Shown here one piece after another: positions 34,641-47,783 of a stretch of DNA of 64,000 nucleotides. Every line of letters starts with the position of its first letter. Position 1 is the first letter of the stretch. The position numbers and the translations under genes are program-made. The notes beneath the pieces are model-generated. The model had not been told where the DNA came from, ran no database searches, and saw nothing but the letters and a program-made list of their open reading frames with translations. Source of the DNA: Psammoneis japonica (taxonomy: Eukaryota); contig QPGO01000053.1 of assembly GCA_008632985.1 (NCBI GenBank), positions 124,001 through 188,000 of the forward strand, given 5' to 3'.

Positions 34641-35337
34641 TCACTGCATTTCACGTCTTAACGCTTCCACAACAATGCTGTTTCACCATGGTGACGGGCG
34701 TTCACGATGCGATGTGCGGTGCGTGCAGTTTGCACTGCGGTCGTCCGTCCTTCCGACACGTTTCCCGCGCATTTTGCAGTTTTGGCCATTTTGTCATTTT
34801 CATTTCTTCAATTTTGAGCCAATGCGTTGCCAATGCGAAATGAATCCCAGCAGCGTCCTTCCCCCGCGCACCTTCCATCATAGTCGCAACATCTATCTAT
34901 TACTCGGATAGCACTTCTCTTCCGTTTCTTTATTCCTCGGTGCACTCTAGAGAGAGAGAGAGCGCATAAAAGTTACGCGAGCAGAAAACACTTCAAATAT
35001 GGGCAACTCCAAAACGCAAAACAAACATGAACAACCCTTTGGAAGCTAAAGCCGCTTTGTTTTTCTCTCACTGGCTCTCTAGTAGAGGCTAGTATGTACG
35101 AGCGAGGGAATCTTTAGGTGAATACGACTAGTAGAATGTAACTAGAGGTTTTGCAATCCTACCATTCAGAAAGGGGACGCGAGGACGCGAGGTAACAGAA
35201 GAGTCATCAATACAGATTCCTTCATTGTCGTGGATTCGCTTTGATTCAAGAGCAAGTTTTAAAAAGTACAGCAACACATACCGTAGCAAATTGAAGGAGC
35301 ATCTTCACCGCGCATCTCTATCTCGTGATGTAGATCT

Positions 35338-38140
35338 TCAAAATTCATCAAAGGTGACGTCTTCGACAAAACCGACCGAATCAACGTGATCAAGTCTAAA
35401 CTCTTCAAAAAGCAATCTCACCGATTCGTCATAAGCACTAAGGAATTCTTCCTCTGTAGGCGCTCGATCCGCAGCGTCAGCTGGGCAATAGCAGGTATCA
35501 AGGGACTCTACGAGAAGGCGTTCAAACGGAAACAATGAAGTCGCTTTCCGTCTCCGGTCATCAAAACACCTTGATAGACTGGCGCATCCGCGGCATCGCC
35601 CTGTGGTACGGTGGAGATAACGGAAGGGTTTCCCTTCCAACTGCCTATTCCTGTAGATGTCTGGAGGGATGATAATTTCCACAGAATCAACCACACGGAA
35701 TTGAGGGTCGCACAACTCGCCACTCAATGCATTCACCTGATTGTAGATTTCTTTGTATTCTGCTGCCAAGGTGTTGATCTCGGCACTCGTGACCTCTTCA
35801 GGGAACCCATTGTATTCAACGACGACTTCACACTGGAATTCTGTAATTTCCCCCGCACAGTCAACCTCTTCGAGTTCAGCTATGCTTTCAACTGAATCAA
35901 CGTTCACAAGAACATCACTATAAACGAGATCTTTGACAGCGTCGTTGTATTTGGCTGTAAAGTAACTCAAGGATGGGGCCGGGCAATTGCAGACCTTGAT
36001 TTCGCTGTTGTACCGATGCATCTCATTTGAAAAACTGTCTTTCTGGTTGCGCGACTCTTCAATTTCTAGAGTTCTGCGTCGTTTGTTGTCAAAAGCTGTA
36101 CTACGACCTTCACAACCATGACAGCGTCCGGAAACATGATATAAGCGCCTTCGCGATCTAACAAGCTCCCTCCGACCTGCTGAAGCCGTCAACCCCGGAT
36201 TGATTTCTAGCTTGATATCGACACTGTCGATAAACAACGAATCTGGGCCACAAGATACGAATGTAATGTCATTGTACGTCTCGATGAATGCATTCTCAAG
36301 TGCGCTCAGCTCCTCTGGCGTAAGGTCGTCAGGCCTTTCTCCAACAAGGTCAACTAACAACTTGGCTTCAAAGGTGTCAAATGGCTTACTTTCACATTCT
36401 CCGTTTTCTGGCTTTTCTGGTCTTGGTGCTGGGTTTCCCCCTGGACTTGGGACTGGGTCTCCTCCTGGGCTTGGTGCTGGGCCTCCTCCTGGGCTTGGTG
36501 CTGGGCCTCCTCCTGGGTTTGGAGATGGGTCACCTGGCTTACCTCCGTTTACTGGCTCCGGTCTTCCTCCGGGGCTCGGAGAAGGTTTGGGTTCTTTCCC
36601 AACTCTCGGAGATGGACCGCTTCCGTCCTTTGATCTAGAGCCCGGCGAGCCCGGAGAACCCGGAGATCCTCGAGAATCGGGTGGTGGACCAGATGAAGCA
36701 CTCTCTCTCTTTCCTCCCTTACCCTTGCTCTTGGCTGCCGGCCGCCTCCAGCAGACGGGCTCTTTGCGGAAGATGGGGCACCAGAACTAGGCTTCGTTGG
36801 CGGGGTCGGTTTAGAAGGCGGTCCTGGCGATCCAGATGACGGACTCTTGGTAGAAGAAGCGCCGCCTCCGGTAGACGGGCTCTTGGCAGAAGATCCGCCT
36901 CCAGTAGATGGGCTCTTGGCAGAAGATCCGCCTCCAGCAGATGGGCTCTTGGCAGAAGATCCGCCTCCAGCAGATGGGCTCTTGGCAGAAGATCCGTCTC
37001 CAGTAGATGGGCTCTTGGCAGAAGATCCGCCTCCAGCAGATGGGCTCTTGGCAGAAGATCCGCCTCCAGAAGACGGACTCTTGGCAGAAGATCCGCCTCC
37101 AGAAGATGGGCTCTTCGCAGAAGATCCGCCTCCGGAAGAGGGGCTCTTTGCAGAAGATCCGCCTCCGGAAGACGGACTCTTGCCAGAAGATCCGCCTCCA
37201 GAAGACGGACTCTTGCCAGAAGAACCGCCTCCAGAAGACGGACTCTTGCCAGAAACCCCCAGGACCTCTTGCCAGAAGAACCGCCTCCAGAAGACGGACT
37301 CTTGCCAGAAGAACCACCTACAGAAGACGGACTCTTGCCAGAAGAACCAGCTACAGAAGACCCACTGCTTCCACTGGAGCCAGGTGAGCCGCTTTCGCTC
37401 TTGCTGCTTGAACCACCCTTGCTCTTGCTGCTCGAAGCAGAGGAACCGCTTTCACTCTTGCTGCCTTTCTTACCGCTCTTAGATTTGCTAGACCTCGAGG
37501 AAGAGCTCGACGAGCTTGAACTGGGAGAAGGCGGCTTCGGTGAAGGCGACGGCGGTTTCGGGGACGGAGATGGTGGCTTCGGTGAAGGCGACGGCGGTTT
37601 AGGGGACGGCGATGGTGGCTTTGGTGAAGGCGACGGCGGTTTAGGGGACGGCGATGGTGGCTTCGGTGAAGGCGACGGCGGTTTAGGGGACGGAGATGGT
37701 GGCTTCGGTGAAGGTGAGGGTGGAGGAGGAGGAGGCGGTTTTGCAACGGGGGGAGGAGGTGGTGGTGGCCGCGGCGGTGGGTCGTCGCTGCTGCTGCTGC
37801 TGCTACTCCCCTTCTTGCCGCCTTTGCCACTACTGCCGCTTCCCTTTTTGCCACCTTTGCCACCACTGCCGCTTCCCTTTTTGCCACCTTTTCCACTGCG
37901 GCTACTCCCTTTCTTGCCACCTCTCAACACATTCTCTGCATTCTCCGTTGTGCATCCGCTGCAATTACAATCACAGTAGTTGACCGATCGCTTGTCAAAT
38001 TCGGATTCGAAACACTCACAATCAACGCAACAACTCAGGACCCGGCCCTCCAGCATTCGAGTCATCTTTTGTGCGTCGACAGGTGCGACGTATTGAGCGC
38101 TGAGAAGCACGGCGGCTACTGAGGCAACCGACACTCTCAT
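35338..38140 (-). CDS. Secreted Ser/Gly/Pro/Lys-rich repeat protein with a duplicated C-terminal Cys-containing domain; frameshifts near 37262 and 36742
   Basis: Signal peptide MRVSVASVAAVLLSAQYVAPVDA; RXL sites; GKGGKKGS, (PKPPSPS)n, (SGGGSSAKSPS)n and PAPSPGG repeats, then two copies of L..[AE][FY]...YN.....C.P. Confidence 0.78.
36835..37340. repeat. 33-nt coding tandem repeat (~15 units)
   Basis: gggctcttggcagaagatccgcctccagcagat-like units. Confidence 0.95.
37525..37715. repeat. 21-nt coding tandem repeat (PKPPSPS), alternating as a 42-nt unit
   Basis: ggcttcggtgaaggcgacggc and ggtttaggggacggcgatggt alternate. Confidence 0.95.
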
Positions 38141-39006
38141 GGCTTATTTGTTACACGATTTTCGTTAACACGATGAGATTCAGGGACGTCTGGGTCAAGT
38201 AAATTCACTGCGTGTAAGCAAACAGCAAGTGTGAGTCATTCCGATTTTCATTAACATGGGCAAGAGCGCGATCGCAGGGAAGATATGTAATAGGCTTCCC
38301 ATCGTTCATCGCTTTTCAAATGCGAACCTAGGCCTTATACACGAAGTCGTCACACTCTATCTACTATTGATTCTTGTCGTCGTCATACCTTGCTTAAACA
38401 CAACGCTACAAGCTTTGAAGGTAAGAGAAGAGTCGCTGATCCCAATAATTGTAACATCATCCGTCGCCGCGCCTCACGACGAAAATTTCGAAACCGATTT
38501 GACCGCGATTTTTGAAAATTTTCGGTTTTGGTAGCCTGTTTTGGCGGGAATGCGTTCTTTATTTATCATTGCTTTTTCAGGCTATGAGAAATAGGAAAAA
38601 GCTAATATCATAAAACCTGAATTTATATTCATATATGGTTTTTAAATATGTGTAAAATTTGAACTTCGATACTTCCTACGTCAGCTAAATGTTTTTCACG
38701 TTGACATTTTCCGTTGAAAATATATATTGGTATACAATGCCCAATGTAAATACTCACTTGTAGCAATGAATAAGTTCAATTTCAACTCATGGGTGGCCCG
38801 CCACATTTTTTGACTGATCCGATCATACTGAAGCTAAAGCGGTTAGTAAGATCCTACCGGCCGTATCCGACTTGAGTTCGCTCTCTACGGTAGAGTAGCT
38901 AGCTACTACGAGAGGTACTACTCTCTCTCTAGAGCTAGAGAGAGTAGAGCTAAGATAAGTTAGAGAGCCCTATGGAGCGTCCAAATAATTAACGAGAATG
39001 GATTTC

Positions 39007-41305
39007 CTATGGTTGCTCCAGGCTACCTAGATGGGGAGAAACTGCACCCTCCGCAGACTGTAGACTCAACAAGGCAGCTTCCATTCCAAACGATACCGCG
39101 CTTTCAATATCTTTACCTTGCAGCACTGCATGGACGAATGCTCCACAGAGAGTGTCTCCAGCACCGGTACTATTTTGCACACTGATTACTCCATCTGTCG
39201 GTGGAAAGTGCTTGAAAGATGGATGTTGCCCGGGTGCCTTTCTTGACGCGAGCAACACACCGTCTTCACCCATAGTCACCACCACGTGAGCGTCGTCGCT
39301 GTGACGCATGCGTAATATAACTCCTGCAGCGGCCATCTTTATCATTTCAATACTTACATCTTCTGTATCTTCAGTACTCGTGTGATTCCCTGGTCCCCGT
39401 GTCATGGCTATTAGCTCGTCCGTGTTGGGAAACGTGCAAGCAAGACACGACATGAAATCCTTGTTAGTTGCAACCTCGCTTGCCTTCTTGACACTTGTTG
39501 GCTCAAAGTACACAGCGACACCCTCCTCCACAGCCGTTTTGGCTGTAGTTGTTAAGACGTCTATTGAAGGGTTAGCGTCTACAACAAGAATTTCCGCTTG
39601 TTTTAGAGCGTCGGCAGGAGGTGGTCGAATGTGGCTGAGTACCGACATGTCAGCAATTGCAGTGTGCAAATCACCAGCACTTTTTGAGTCGCTACTGCCA
39701 CCATCAAGGACAGCGACATACGTGGCGGTGCGCTCATCTTTGATAACCGCAACTGAACCTTGATCTACCCCGTGTATTGTTCCCTCGTCCCGTATTCGAC
39801 TCAACATTGAATGGCCTCGTGAATCATCACCCACCGCCGACACCAAAACAGGATTCGAGCCTAGCAAGCCAAGTGTTTCTGCAATGTTCCGCCCCACACC
39901 TCCAAACGATTCGGAGCAAATTCCTGGATTGGAAGTACCCAGCACTAGAGTTTCGTCGGCGTGAGGTCTGGCGATAATGTCAACGACCGCTCCTCCCATT
40001 ACCACAACTCGTGATTCCGGTAGCTTTTGCGATGGATCGGGTAGGGGAGCCGCTTTGTCTTCCTGTAGAGTAGTTCCCATGGAAATGATTGGCGATTGAA
40101 AGGTTCTTGCTTCACTCTTTTGTTCTGCAATCGCAATAGCAATGTCTGCACCAACTCTAGCATTTTCCTTCACAAGCGACATGTTACTTCTGAGGCTGTC
40201 TCCTCCCGTCTGATCTGCAACTTCTTTCAATATAAATGGCGTCACGTCTCGTCCATGAATTCCCATTTCTTCTGCCTTGAGGAGAGCATCCTGAATCGCC
40301 CGTTCCACGTTGGCACCTGCCGGATCGTTGTTTGGTACTGCCACCAGCATGCCGCAAGGCAATTGTAGCTGTCGACACGCGTAATACGACGAGGCAATCT
40401 CTGCTGCAGTATCGATTCGAGCAGGTGTCTTGATGCCCGAGCTTGGAGAAAAGAAAGCTGGAAACTCGTCGCTCCCAAACGTCACAGCAGGAACGCCCAT
40501 GGTTTCCAAAACTTCCAGAGTTCTGCCAATGTCCAGAATGGATTTGATACCGGCTGATACGACCACCACGGGTGTTTTTGAAGCTGCGTCAAATCAGAAG
40601 ACACGTCCATACTAATATGTCCATTTCTATGAACACCCCCTATCCCACCAGTGACAAAGGTGGATATCCCAGCCAGGTTTGCCAGTACCATCGTGGATGC
40701 CACCGTGGTTGCTAAAGCGACAGAAACAAAATGTGATTCATAAGTGACAGTTCAATTTCTTTTCTTCATGGGAAAGGCAAGACTCTACTTACCACCCCAC
40801 TGAATTCCTTCTTTGTTTTGATGACGAGACGCCATTGCAAAAGGTAGCTCTCGCGTGGAGCACTTGGTCGCTCGCCCTTCTTGCCCAGATTTTGCCAAGT
40901 CGCCCAGGTCCGCTCCAACGAGGCCCACATGACACACGCCGTTCTTAACAGCAATCGTTGCTGGTGTGACGCCCTATGAGGAAAAAAGGATTATAAGTTA
41001 GGTAGGTTGAATCGACACTTTTTTCTGCATTCTGTCGCATAAGCAGTTTTCAAACATACCTTTGATTGAAGGAGAGTTTCAACCTCTTGAGCGAGCATCA
41101 TGTTTTCGGGCCATGGCATGCCGTGAGCAACAATTGTAGATTCTAGAGCAACCACAGGTTCACCATTTGACAGCGCTTCCTTTACCTTATCTTCGACATG
41201 AAATGAAGAAGAAGAAAGAGACATGGCGGAGAGGGGGCGCTTCGTTCCGGCTACCACAACACATGAAAAGCATCGAGCTGCTTGTGTTCTTGAAAACATC
41301 ATCAT
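39007..41305 (-). CDS. Bifunctional pseudouridine-5'-phosphate glycosidase (PsuG/IndA) - PfkB kinase; 3 exons, frameshift near 40580
   Basis: [40 protein letters not shown] and VTPFIL; PfkB motifs GGVGRN and [11 protein letters not shown]. Confidence 0.9.
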
Positions 41306-41653
41306 GATTGATAAAAGGCGATCTCGATTCTCTTTTCATATAAAACTTTAACACCGGTACTCAGGTTCATCTCAGGCAAGGCGAGAATACATGAAAACAA
41401 AGCATACAGAAGGCCGCTGAACGATAAGCTTTGCCATTGCCATTTGGCAGTCGGCAGGTGAGATCTGAGATCCAATTGTGTGTAGTTCGCGCGTTTGAGT
41501 CGCGCGAAAACGTGGTGCCGTTGAGAGGTCTGCCTGCCTGTCCGTCCTAGTCTCTTGTCGATGACGTCACCGATTTTTGAAATCTCTGTTCTCCGCTTTC
41601 TTTGCCTCGTCCTGCCTGACAATGGCAGATGATTCCACACCGCGGTAGTCACA

Positions 41654-43732
41654 ATGAAGAATGACAACAACAGAATGGCATTTCTTTCTCTACTTATTTG
41701 GTCATGCTTAGTTTGGATCAGTTGTGCGTTTCTCCCAATAATTCATCGCGCGCATAATGTACAAAGCTCAAAATTGGTCATGCAAGCCAAGCTATGCGAT
41801 GGCGAAACAGATAGAAGAAAATTTATTGGAGGATTGACGGCAGCAGCTTTTCTAGCAAACTCTAATCCTGTAGATGCTCGAGGACTGGTTCTGTTCCCGT
41901 GCACCGAGCCGTTGGGCAATACATACCATTTTATGCGAGCTGGAGAATCTCTTCTTGAAGTCGACGACATTTGGTCGACGAATCCTTTGTTTCTGTAAGT
42001 CACGTCGGTTTTACTACTCTCTTTTGCCAGTTTTTAATGCTCACATTCTGAATTGAACAGAACGAATCGAGAAGCAGCATTGTCGGATCGAGGGATTGAG
42101 GAGGTGGAGAGAGCTTGTCGTCAATTTAAATCCGAAAGCATAAACCCAACTCTTGTTCGGTACAGCTTGGCTGCTAGTGCGACGGATACGGCAAATATTG
42201 TTGCCAGAGAACTCAGGATCGGAAGGGATCGAGTTGTTCCTGAATTTAATTTTATGGTGCGTCTCGAGGATTATTGGTAATGTTGCAACTTTGTAAGCGT
42301 TCATGGATGATGCTTTTTGTTTCCATAAAATGGCAGGATCCAAGGTCTGTGGGGAAGTGGGATATGCTTCCGTTATCGGCCACACAAACTGCCGTATGGG
42401 CAATGGATAACGACGAAGCAGGCCCAGAAGGAATGGTACGTTGCAACGCACTTGCGCACAAACTCTTCCTTTCATTTCGCTAACAAGTCTCTGTTATGTT
42501 GCTACTGGTTGTAGGGTGCGCGACCACCTGCAAACGAAGATGGCACTCCACACGAAACGCTTGCCGACCAGGTTGTACGGTTACGGCAGTTGATATCCGT
42601 TTTGGAAACCCAATTCTCTGGCGAAATTATTCTCTTGGTCTTTCCGGATGGCACCGGACCAGCACTACTCTCTGCCATGGTGGCTGGCATTCCACTCAAT
42701 CGAGCACATGAATTGGAGTTTCAACCGGGCGAAGTAAGATTAAACGTCACCATGAAATCAACCTTGGCATTGGCAGCTACTAAATCGACACCAGAGTACA
42801 CTGCCACCTTGGAGCAAGGCCGGGAGGAGCTACAACGTCTTCGTTCGACGTCTCCCGACGCTGTCGTGAGTGTGCAGGACCAGCAATTAGAGCAAGAGCA
42901 AATTGAAATAGAAAAAGAAGTGCAAAGACGGCAAAATGAACGCAAAGCCAACGAAGAAGCAATTCTTGCAGAGCGCAAAGCAAGGGAAGAAGCCGTTCGA
43001 GCCGAGCGCAAAGCAAAAGTAGAAGAAGCTCGTGCCGCACAGCGGGAGCGGACCCAACAATTGGAAGCCGAGCGACAACGGCGGCGTGATGAGAGTAAAG
43101 CAGCAAGACAACAAGAGCTGTCACAGAAACGAGCTGAATCAGAAGTCTCAGACCAAAACGAATCTGATGGTAGTGTGGCGAATACAATTTTGGGATCTGT
43201 TGGAGCACTGCTGCTTGGAGGTTTGGCTGTGGCGAGTACTTCGAACAACAGTGGAGAGGATGCTGTGCAACAAAGATCAGAGGTAAATTCAGAACTGGAG
43301 GCTACAAGCGATGCTAATGCATCAACGCAACCACATGGTGAAGAAATAATAGAGCAAAGTTTGGGGGTAAAGACAGAATCGGAGGTCGCAAGCGCTGTTG
43401 ATCCGTCGACACAACCACGTGATGCGGGCTCGCGAACGGAAGTCGAGGAACCTTTAGTAGATGTAGATCTTGATGACCAACCCGAGGATGAACTAGATGA
43501 GGACAAAAGCCTCAACGAGCCAGCGACGAATCGACAAACCATCACGGTAAACGGAGGATCGTCGGTGTTTGACGCTCCAAACGGCGCTACCGCGAATGCA
43601 CTACAAACTCCAGCTCAAACAACACAGCCGCCACAAACGTTTGACGACGGCGGAGATTCATGGCTTCAATCACTTGCGGAAATCATTCAAGAGGATGATG
43701 ATGTTGACTTGGATGGTGTGGATAGACAATAA
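41654..43732 (+). CDS. Plastid-targeted phosphoglycerate-mutase-like protein with coiled coil and TM tail; 4 exons
   Basis: SCA-F leader; NTYHFMRAGES, TNREAALS..G, DPRSVGKWD, DGTPHETL and QLISVLETQFSGE; introns ~41995-42060, ~42257-42337 and ~42436-42514. Confidence 0.75.
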
Positions 43733-44156
43733 CCCATAGATTTTTACAATATATGCTAAGCAACAGCAGAAGAACCCTTGCAAACCGGAGCAGCTTGTGG
43801 CACTGCTTGGGATGACTGCAATGAGACGACACAGTCGCTTTTCATGGGAGATTTTGTGAGGCTACTAAATCCAAAATGCTGTGGAGCAACTTTTCACTTG
43901 TCTATAAAGATCTTGCTGAATAATACTTCTTTTCGTCATTGCTATGCGAAGAGACATTGGGCGCGGGAATGCGTGCAAAATCGGAGTCTTCCGAAGCTCA
44001 ATCACCCGTTTATGATAAGCCAAGTTTCGTCTTGCCTTTCGCCCGCGCAACAAGACGAGCTCGAGCTCTTCTCCACCACAAAAAAAAAAAACCGACCGTT
44101 CTCAGCCGCTCTTCTCGTCCTTCATTCTGAAGAGTCTTTCGGTGTTTGTGTCGACA

Positions 44157-45989
44157 ATGGCGGCGTCTCTGTGTTGCAAATCGTCGTTGCCGTGGGATAA
44201 TGAAAGTGATTTCAACATGGAAAACAAAGAACAACAGTTCTTGGTGAGATTTCAAAACAAGACTCACGTTCTCTACGCACCACCACCTCAACTCGACGAC
44301 GACTGCGAATCGTTGCTGTTGAGACAAGTCTCGGACATTTCTGGATGGCCGGTTCATCGATTGGCATTGAAACAGAGTATTAGTGATGATGATTCTTCGT
44401 TTGTATCTGTTCGTGTCGTTTCGTCTATTGTCGGTGGTAAGGGTGGGTTCGGTACATTGCTCAAGGGTCAGTCCAAACAGGCCGGAGCACGCTTGACAAC
44501 CGACTTTGGAGCCTGTCGTGATTTGCAGGGACGAAGGTTGCGGCATGTCAATGATGAAATCAAATTGAGAAAATGGAGAGAGATTCAACAACGCAAGGCC
44601 AATGGCGAAGAAGTGGATGAAATCAAGGAGCTTACGACACAGTCGGGCATTGCGAATTGGCACTTGATGGTTCCCAACTGGGCTCAAGATAGTTTGTCCA
44701 ACAAGGCAACTTCGAAATTACAACGAACTTGGCAGCGGCAAATTCGAGATTATCAATCGCAGCAAGAACGAATTAAGAAAGAAAAGGAGGCTCGGGATCA
44801 AGCCTTTCAACAGGGTGTCGCGGATTATGTGCAACGAACCACAGAGGCTGCCGATTCCGACAACATGGCCGATGCAATCAAGCAGGGGCTCTTGCAGCAA
44901 AAGCTAAAGAAGCAACAGGAAACGGCCACTGCCAAGCGGAAACGACCCATCAAGGAAGAAGAACTACAGGAGGAGCAACCTCAGTCGCTCTGTACACTAT
45001 CCGGAGATGCTGTTGTAGTCGAAAGTGAGGACGGCAGTGGCTCGTTTCAAGTTCAGTCCAAGTCTGACTTTTGTACCGTTGCGCTCATGCTGGATGCTCA
45101 ACAACAGGAGGAACCCAACAAGTCATTATATTATGAAATTAAAATTGTTTCGGGTGGACTGGCTCAAGTTGGCTGGGCGGCGGTGCAAGAGGGCTGCTTT
45201 AATCCCAACAATGATACCGGTGACGGGGTTGGGGATGATGCCGGCAGCTTTGCCTATGACGGATCAAGAAGCATGACGTTCCATAACGGTATTGAAACTC
45301 CGTATGGCAATGAAATTTGGAAGCATGGTGATATTGTGGGATGTCGATACAACCCCTCCAATGGTGAAATTTCATTCTCGTGCAATGGAAATGATTTTGG
45401 CGTTGCCTTTGTCACAAAGCTATCGTCATTGATGGTTCCAGCCATGAGTTGCAACGAGGGCGAGATATTGGAAGTAGCAGTGAATGAAAAGGACATGAAG
45501 TACATGCCAAAGGAATGCATGTCGGTGGGGAATTTTGTAGCTTCGTCATTGGTTGATTCATCAAATGTAAAAGACGAAGCGGATAAAGACACGGTTGAAG
45601 AAGAATCAGCACAAGAGCCGGTGAAAAAGCAAAAGCTAGAACCGCCACCGAAACAATCCCCGTCACCAAAGACAAAACCAAAACCCGCTCCAGTTGAGAT
45701 AAAGCCCCTTGACCTTGAAGAATTCAACTCAGTCGAGGAGCTTTCGGAATTGGGATTGGATCGACTAAAGGGAGCTTTGATGGCTATTGGCGTCAAGTGT
45801 GGGTACGTTCAACTATTGACTGCCACGTCTATTCTTGTTCTCCTCTTGTTTTCATTTCTCTCTCAATGCGCTTTCTTCTATTCGTTTAGTGGATCATTAC
45901 AAGAACGAGCCGAGCGATTATTCTCATTGAAGGGTTTGAAACGAGAAGATTACCCCATGAAGGTGCGTGGCAAGAATTTCAAGGTATAA
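44157..45989 (+). CDS. SDE2: SDE2-like protein with inserted SPRY domain; in-frame intron 45803-45889
   Basis: GGKGGFGTLLK...DFGACRDLQGRRLRHVN; SPRY YYEI...QVGWA...GVGDD..SFAYDG; C-terminal LGLDRLK..L...G.KCGGSLQERAERLF after splicing. Confidence 0.88.
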   Translation: MAASLCCKSSLPWDNESDFNMENKEQQFLVRFQNKTHVLYAPPPQLDDDCESLLLRQVSDISGWPVHRLALKQSISDDDSSFVSVRVVSSIVGGKGGFGTLLKGQSKQAGARLTTDFGACRDLQGRRLRHVNDEIKLRKWREIQQRKANGEEVDEIKELTTQSGIANWHLMVPNWAQDSLSNKATSKLQRTWQRQIRDYQSQQERIKKEKEARDQAFQQGVADYVQRTTEAADSDNMADAIKQGLLQQKLKKQQETATAKRKRPIKEEELQEEQPQSLCTLSGDAVVVESEDGSGSFQVQSKSDFCTVALMLDAQQQEEPNKSLYYEIKIVSGGLAQVGWAAVQEGCFNPNNDTGDGVGDDAGSFAYDGSRSMTFHNGIETPYGNEIWKHGDIVGCRYNPSNGEISFSCNGNDFGVAFVTKLSSLMVPAMSCNEGEILEVAVNEKDMKYMPKECMSVGNFVASSLVDSSNVKDEADKDTVEEESAQEPVKKQKLEPPPKQSPSPKTKPKPAPVEIKPLDLEEFNSVEELSELGLDRLKGALMAIGVKCGYVQLLTATSILVLLLFSFLSQCAFFYSFSGSLQERAERLFSLKGLKREDYPMKVRGKNFKV

Positions 45990-46121
45990 CGAGTTTTTTC
46001 GCAAAAATCGTTTGATCGATGCACCGCGGAGGCAGGACATGCCTAAAGCTTGCGCACGTGCATCAGACGCAAATACATTGGAGATAAATTAATCTATTGC
46101 TAATAGCAGTTCTGCTTTTAT

Positions 46122-47279
46122 CTAGTTTTGAACTCGACGAACTAGTTGTCTTCGTTGTTGTTCACCTCTTGAAAAGGTTTCGTGCCACGCTTGTAACCAT
46201 CTATACAAATGTTCCTTGGTTACAAACAGTCCACTACTCCCCATGGCTTGCATCATCCATGATTCCATTTGCTCAAATTGCTCCAACGGTATTCCCAAAC
46301 TCTGCAGTCTTGTCCAATACTGCTCCGTGGTGCCTCCATGGACCGCCTTGGTGGCAATCACAAGTGCCACCACGGACAGTCGATGGACGGTACGTGGTGT
46401 CACACTGGGGCATTTCCGCGGCGGTTGCATGGCATGGTCGTGGGTACGGTGTGTTTCCGCCGAACACGCTCGGTCGAGATAAATCATGGTGAGCGCGAGA
46501 ACAATCGGGGATTGATCTTGGCGTATATCCAACATGCTTGTCAAGTTTTTCAAAAAAACTTCCAAGTCGGGTCCCCATTGACTGCATCCACGTGGACGAC
46601 GAATGAGTTGTTTCTTCCTGACCGGCCGTGGTGATTTGGCATGAAACAAGGTTAATTCCGTTTTGTGGGGTACTGTCGGTGCAGCGGCGATTGGTCGTTG
46701 TTGCCATTGTTGATGAGACGTATGTAAATTTACTGGTCCGCTACTGCTGCCAATGTTTCCTCCCGAATTATGTTGCTGTTGTTGTTGTTGCTGCTGCTGA
46801 TCCCATGATGATATGCCAGGCATTCCCACCGTTTGTCCTCCACGTTGTCCTAGAGCCACAGAGTGAGGATGGTATAGCGGGGGGAGCGACGGTGTTGTTA
46901 TGGATGGGTGAGATATTCCATATGCCAGTCGACGATTCATTTCAGACGTGAAACGTAATGTCAAGGCCATGTGTTTCAAATCAATCCTTGGTAATGGCGG
47001 TGGTTGAGAAACTTGAGATGCATGACGTGCCCGTATCATTACCGCTGATTCCATGTTGTTGTGGTCCGCACCACCTCCATACGAAGAAGATGGTGTATGC
47101 TGGCTGCTGTAGGGTGACCATGCTTGCTGTTCATCTGATGGATACGAGGGGTCACTTCCAGCGGCGGATGGGTCTCGCTGTGCAGAATAGTAATCACCTT
47201 GAAGAGTTGCTGCGTTACTGAGCGATGCAACCAGCAAAGAAAACACCCATATTCTCGACGCTGTCATTTTCTTGCCCAT
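46122..47279 (-). CDS. PHO80/U-type cyclin-domain protein with N-terminal signal-peptide-like leader
   Basis: LTMIYLDRAC...TVHRLSVVALVIATK...GIPLEQFEQME cyclin box; leader IWVFSLLVASLSNA; polyQ. Confidence 0.75.
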   Translation of the reverse strand: MGKKMTASRIWVFSLLVASLSNAATLQGDYYSAQRDPSAAGSDPSYPSDEQQAWSPYSSQHTPSSSYGGGADHNNMESAVMIRARHASQVSQPPPLPRIDLKHMALTLRFTSEMNRRLAYGISHPSITTPSLPPLYHPHSVALGQRGGQTVGMPGISSWDQQQQQQQQQHNSGGNIGSSSGPVNLHTSHQQWQQRPIAAAPTVPHKTELTLFHAKSPRPVRKKQLIRRPRGCSQWGPDLEVFLKNLTSMLDIRQDQSPIVLALTMIYLDRACSAETHRTHDHAMQPPRKCPSVTPRTVHRLSVVALVIATKAVHGGTTEQYWTRLQSLGIPLEQFEQMESWMMQAMGSSGLFVTKEHLYRWLQAWHETFSRGEQQRRQLVRRVQN

Positions 47280-47783
47280 AGAATTCTTGAAAAGCCGCTT
47301 ACTGCAAGAGTGGTGGTGACACAGAGATCAAAGGGAACTCAGTCGTCGTAGTGATCTTCTTTTGATATCTAGGCCTACCCAATCAATCTTGCATCTTGCG
47401 CTTGCTTCAACAGCAGAGTCAATTCATTCGTCGATGTGGCGGGGAGCATGACAGAGCTCTTGCGTAGGTTCCACGTAGAAAACATACGTGGACAAATACG
47501 ATGACGTATCTTTGGACACTCATCCACGTGGATCCCGAATGGTGCGTGAGTTTTCGCATTTCTTAAAAAAAAACAGCATTTCGATAAAATGTGGGAAATT
47601 GCAAATAGGACTCAGAAAATGGCTATTTTGATTTTGCACTCAAAGCGCACGCACCGATCATCGATCATCGCAACGCCATGGCCAATGCCCGATGCCCATC
47701 ATTGCGATGCTGTGAATGAGCCATCAAAACCCTCTTCTTTTGCTTGAAAGAAACACTCTGTATAATCATTACAGCTTAAGAAA

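Noticed and set aside
36835..37715. CRISPR-like array
   Set aside because: Head-to-tail coding repeats with no unique spacers, no cas genes, in a eukaryotic context.
36200..37979. Plus-strand Gly/Pro/Leu-rich ORFs (also 31372-32535, 42721-43545)
   Set aside because: Antisense shadows of repetitive genes on the other strand.
38540..38810. AT-rich intergenic stretch (also ~50150-50430) as a MITE or centromere-like element
   Set aside because: No convincing TIR, TSD or second copy in the window.
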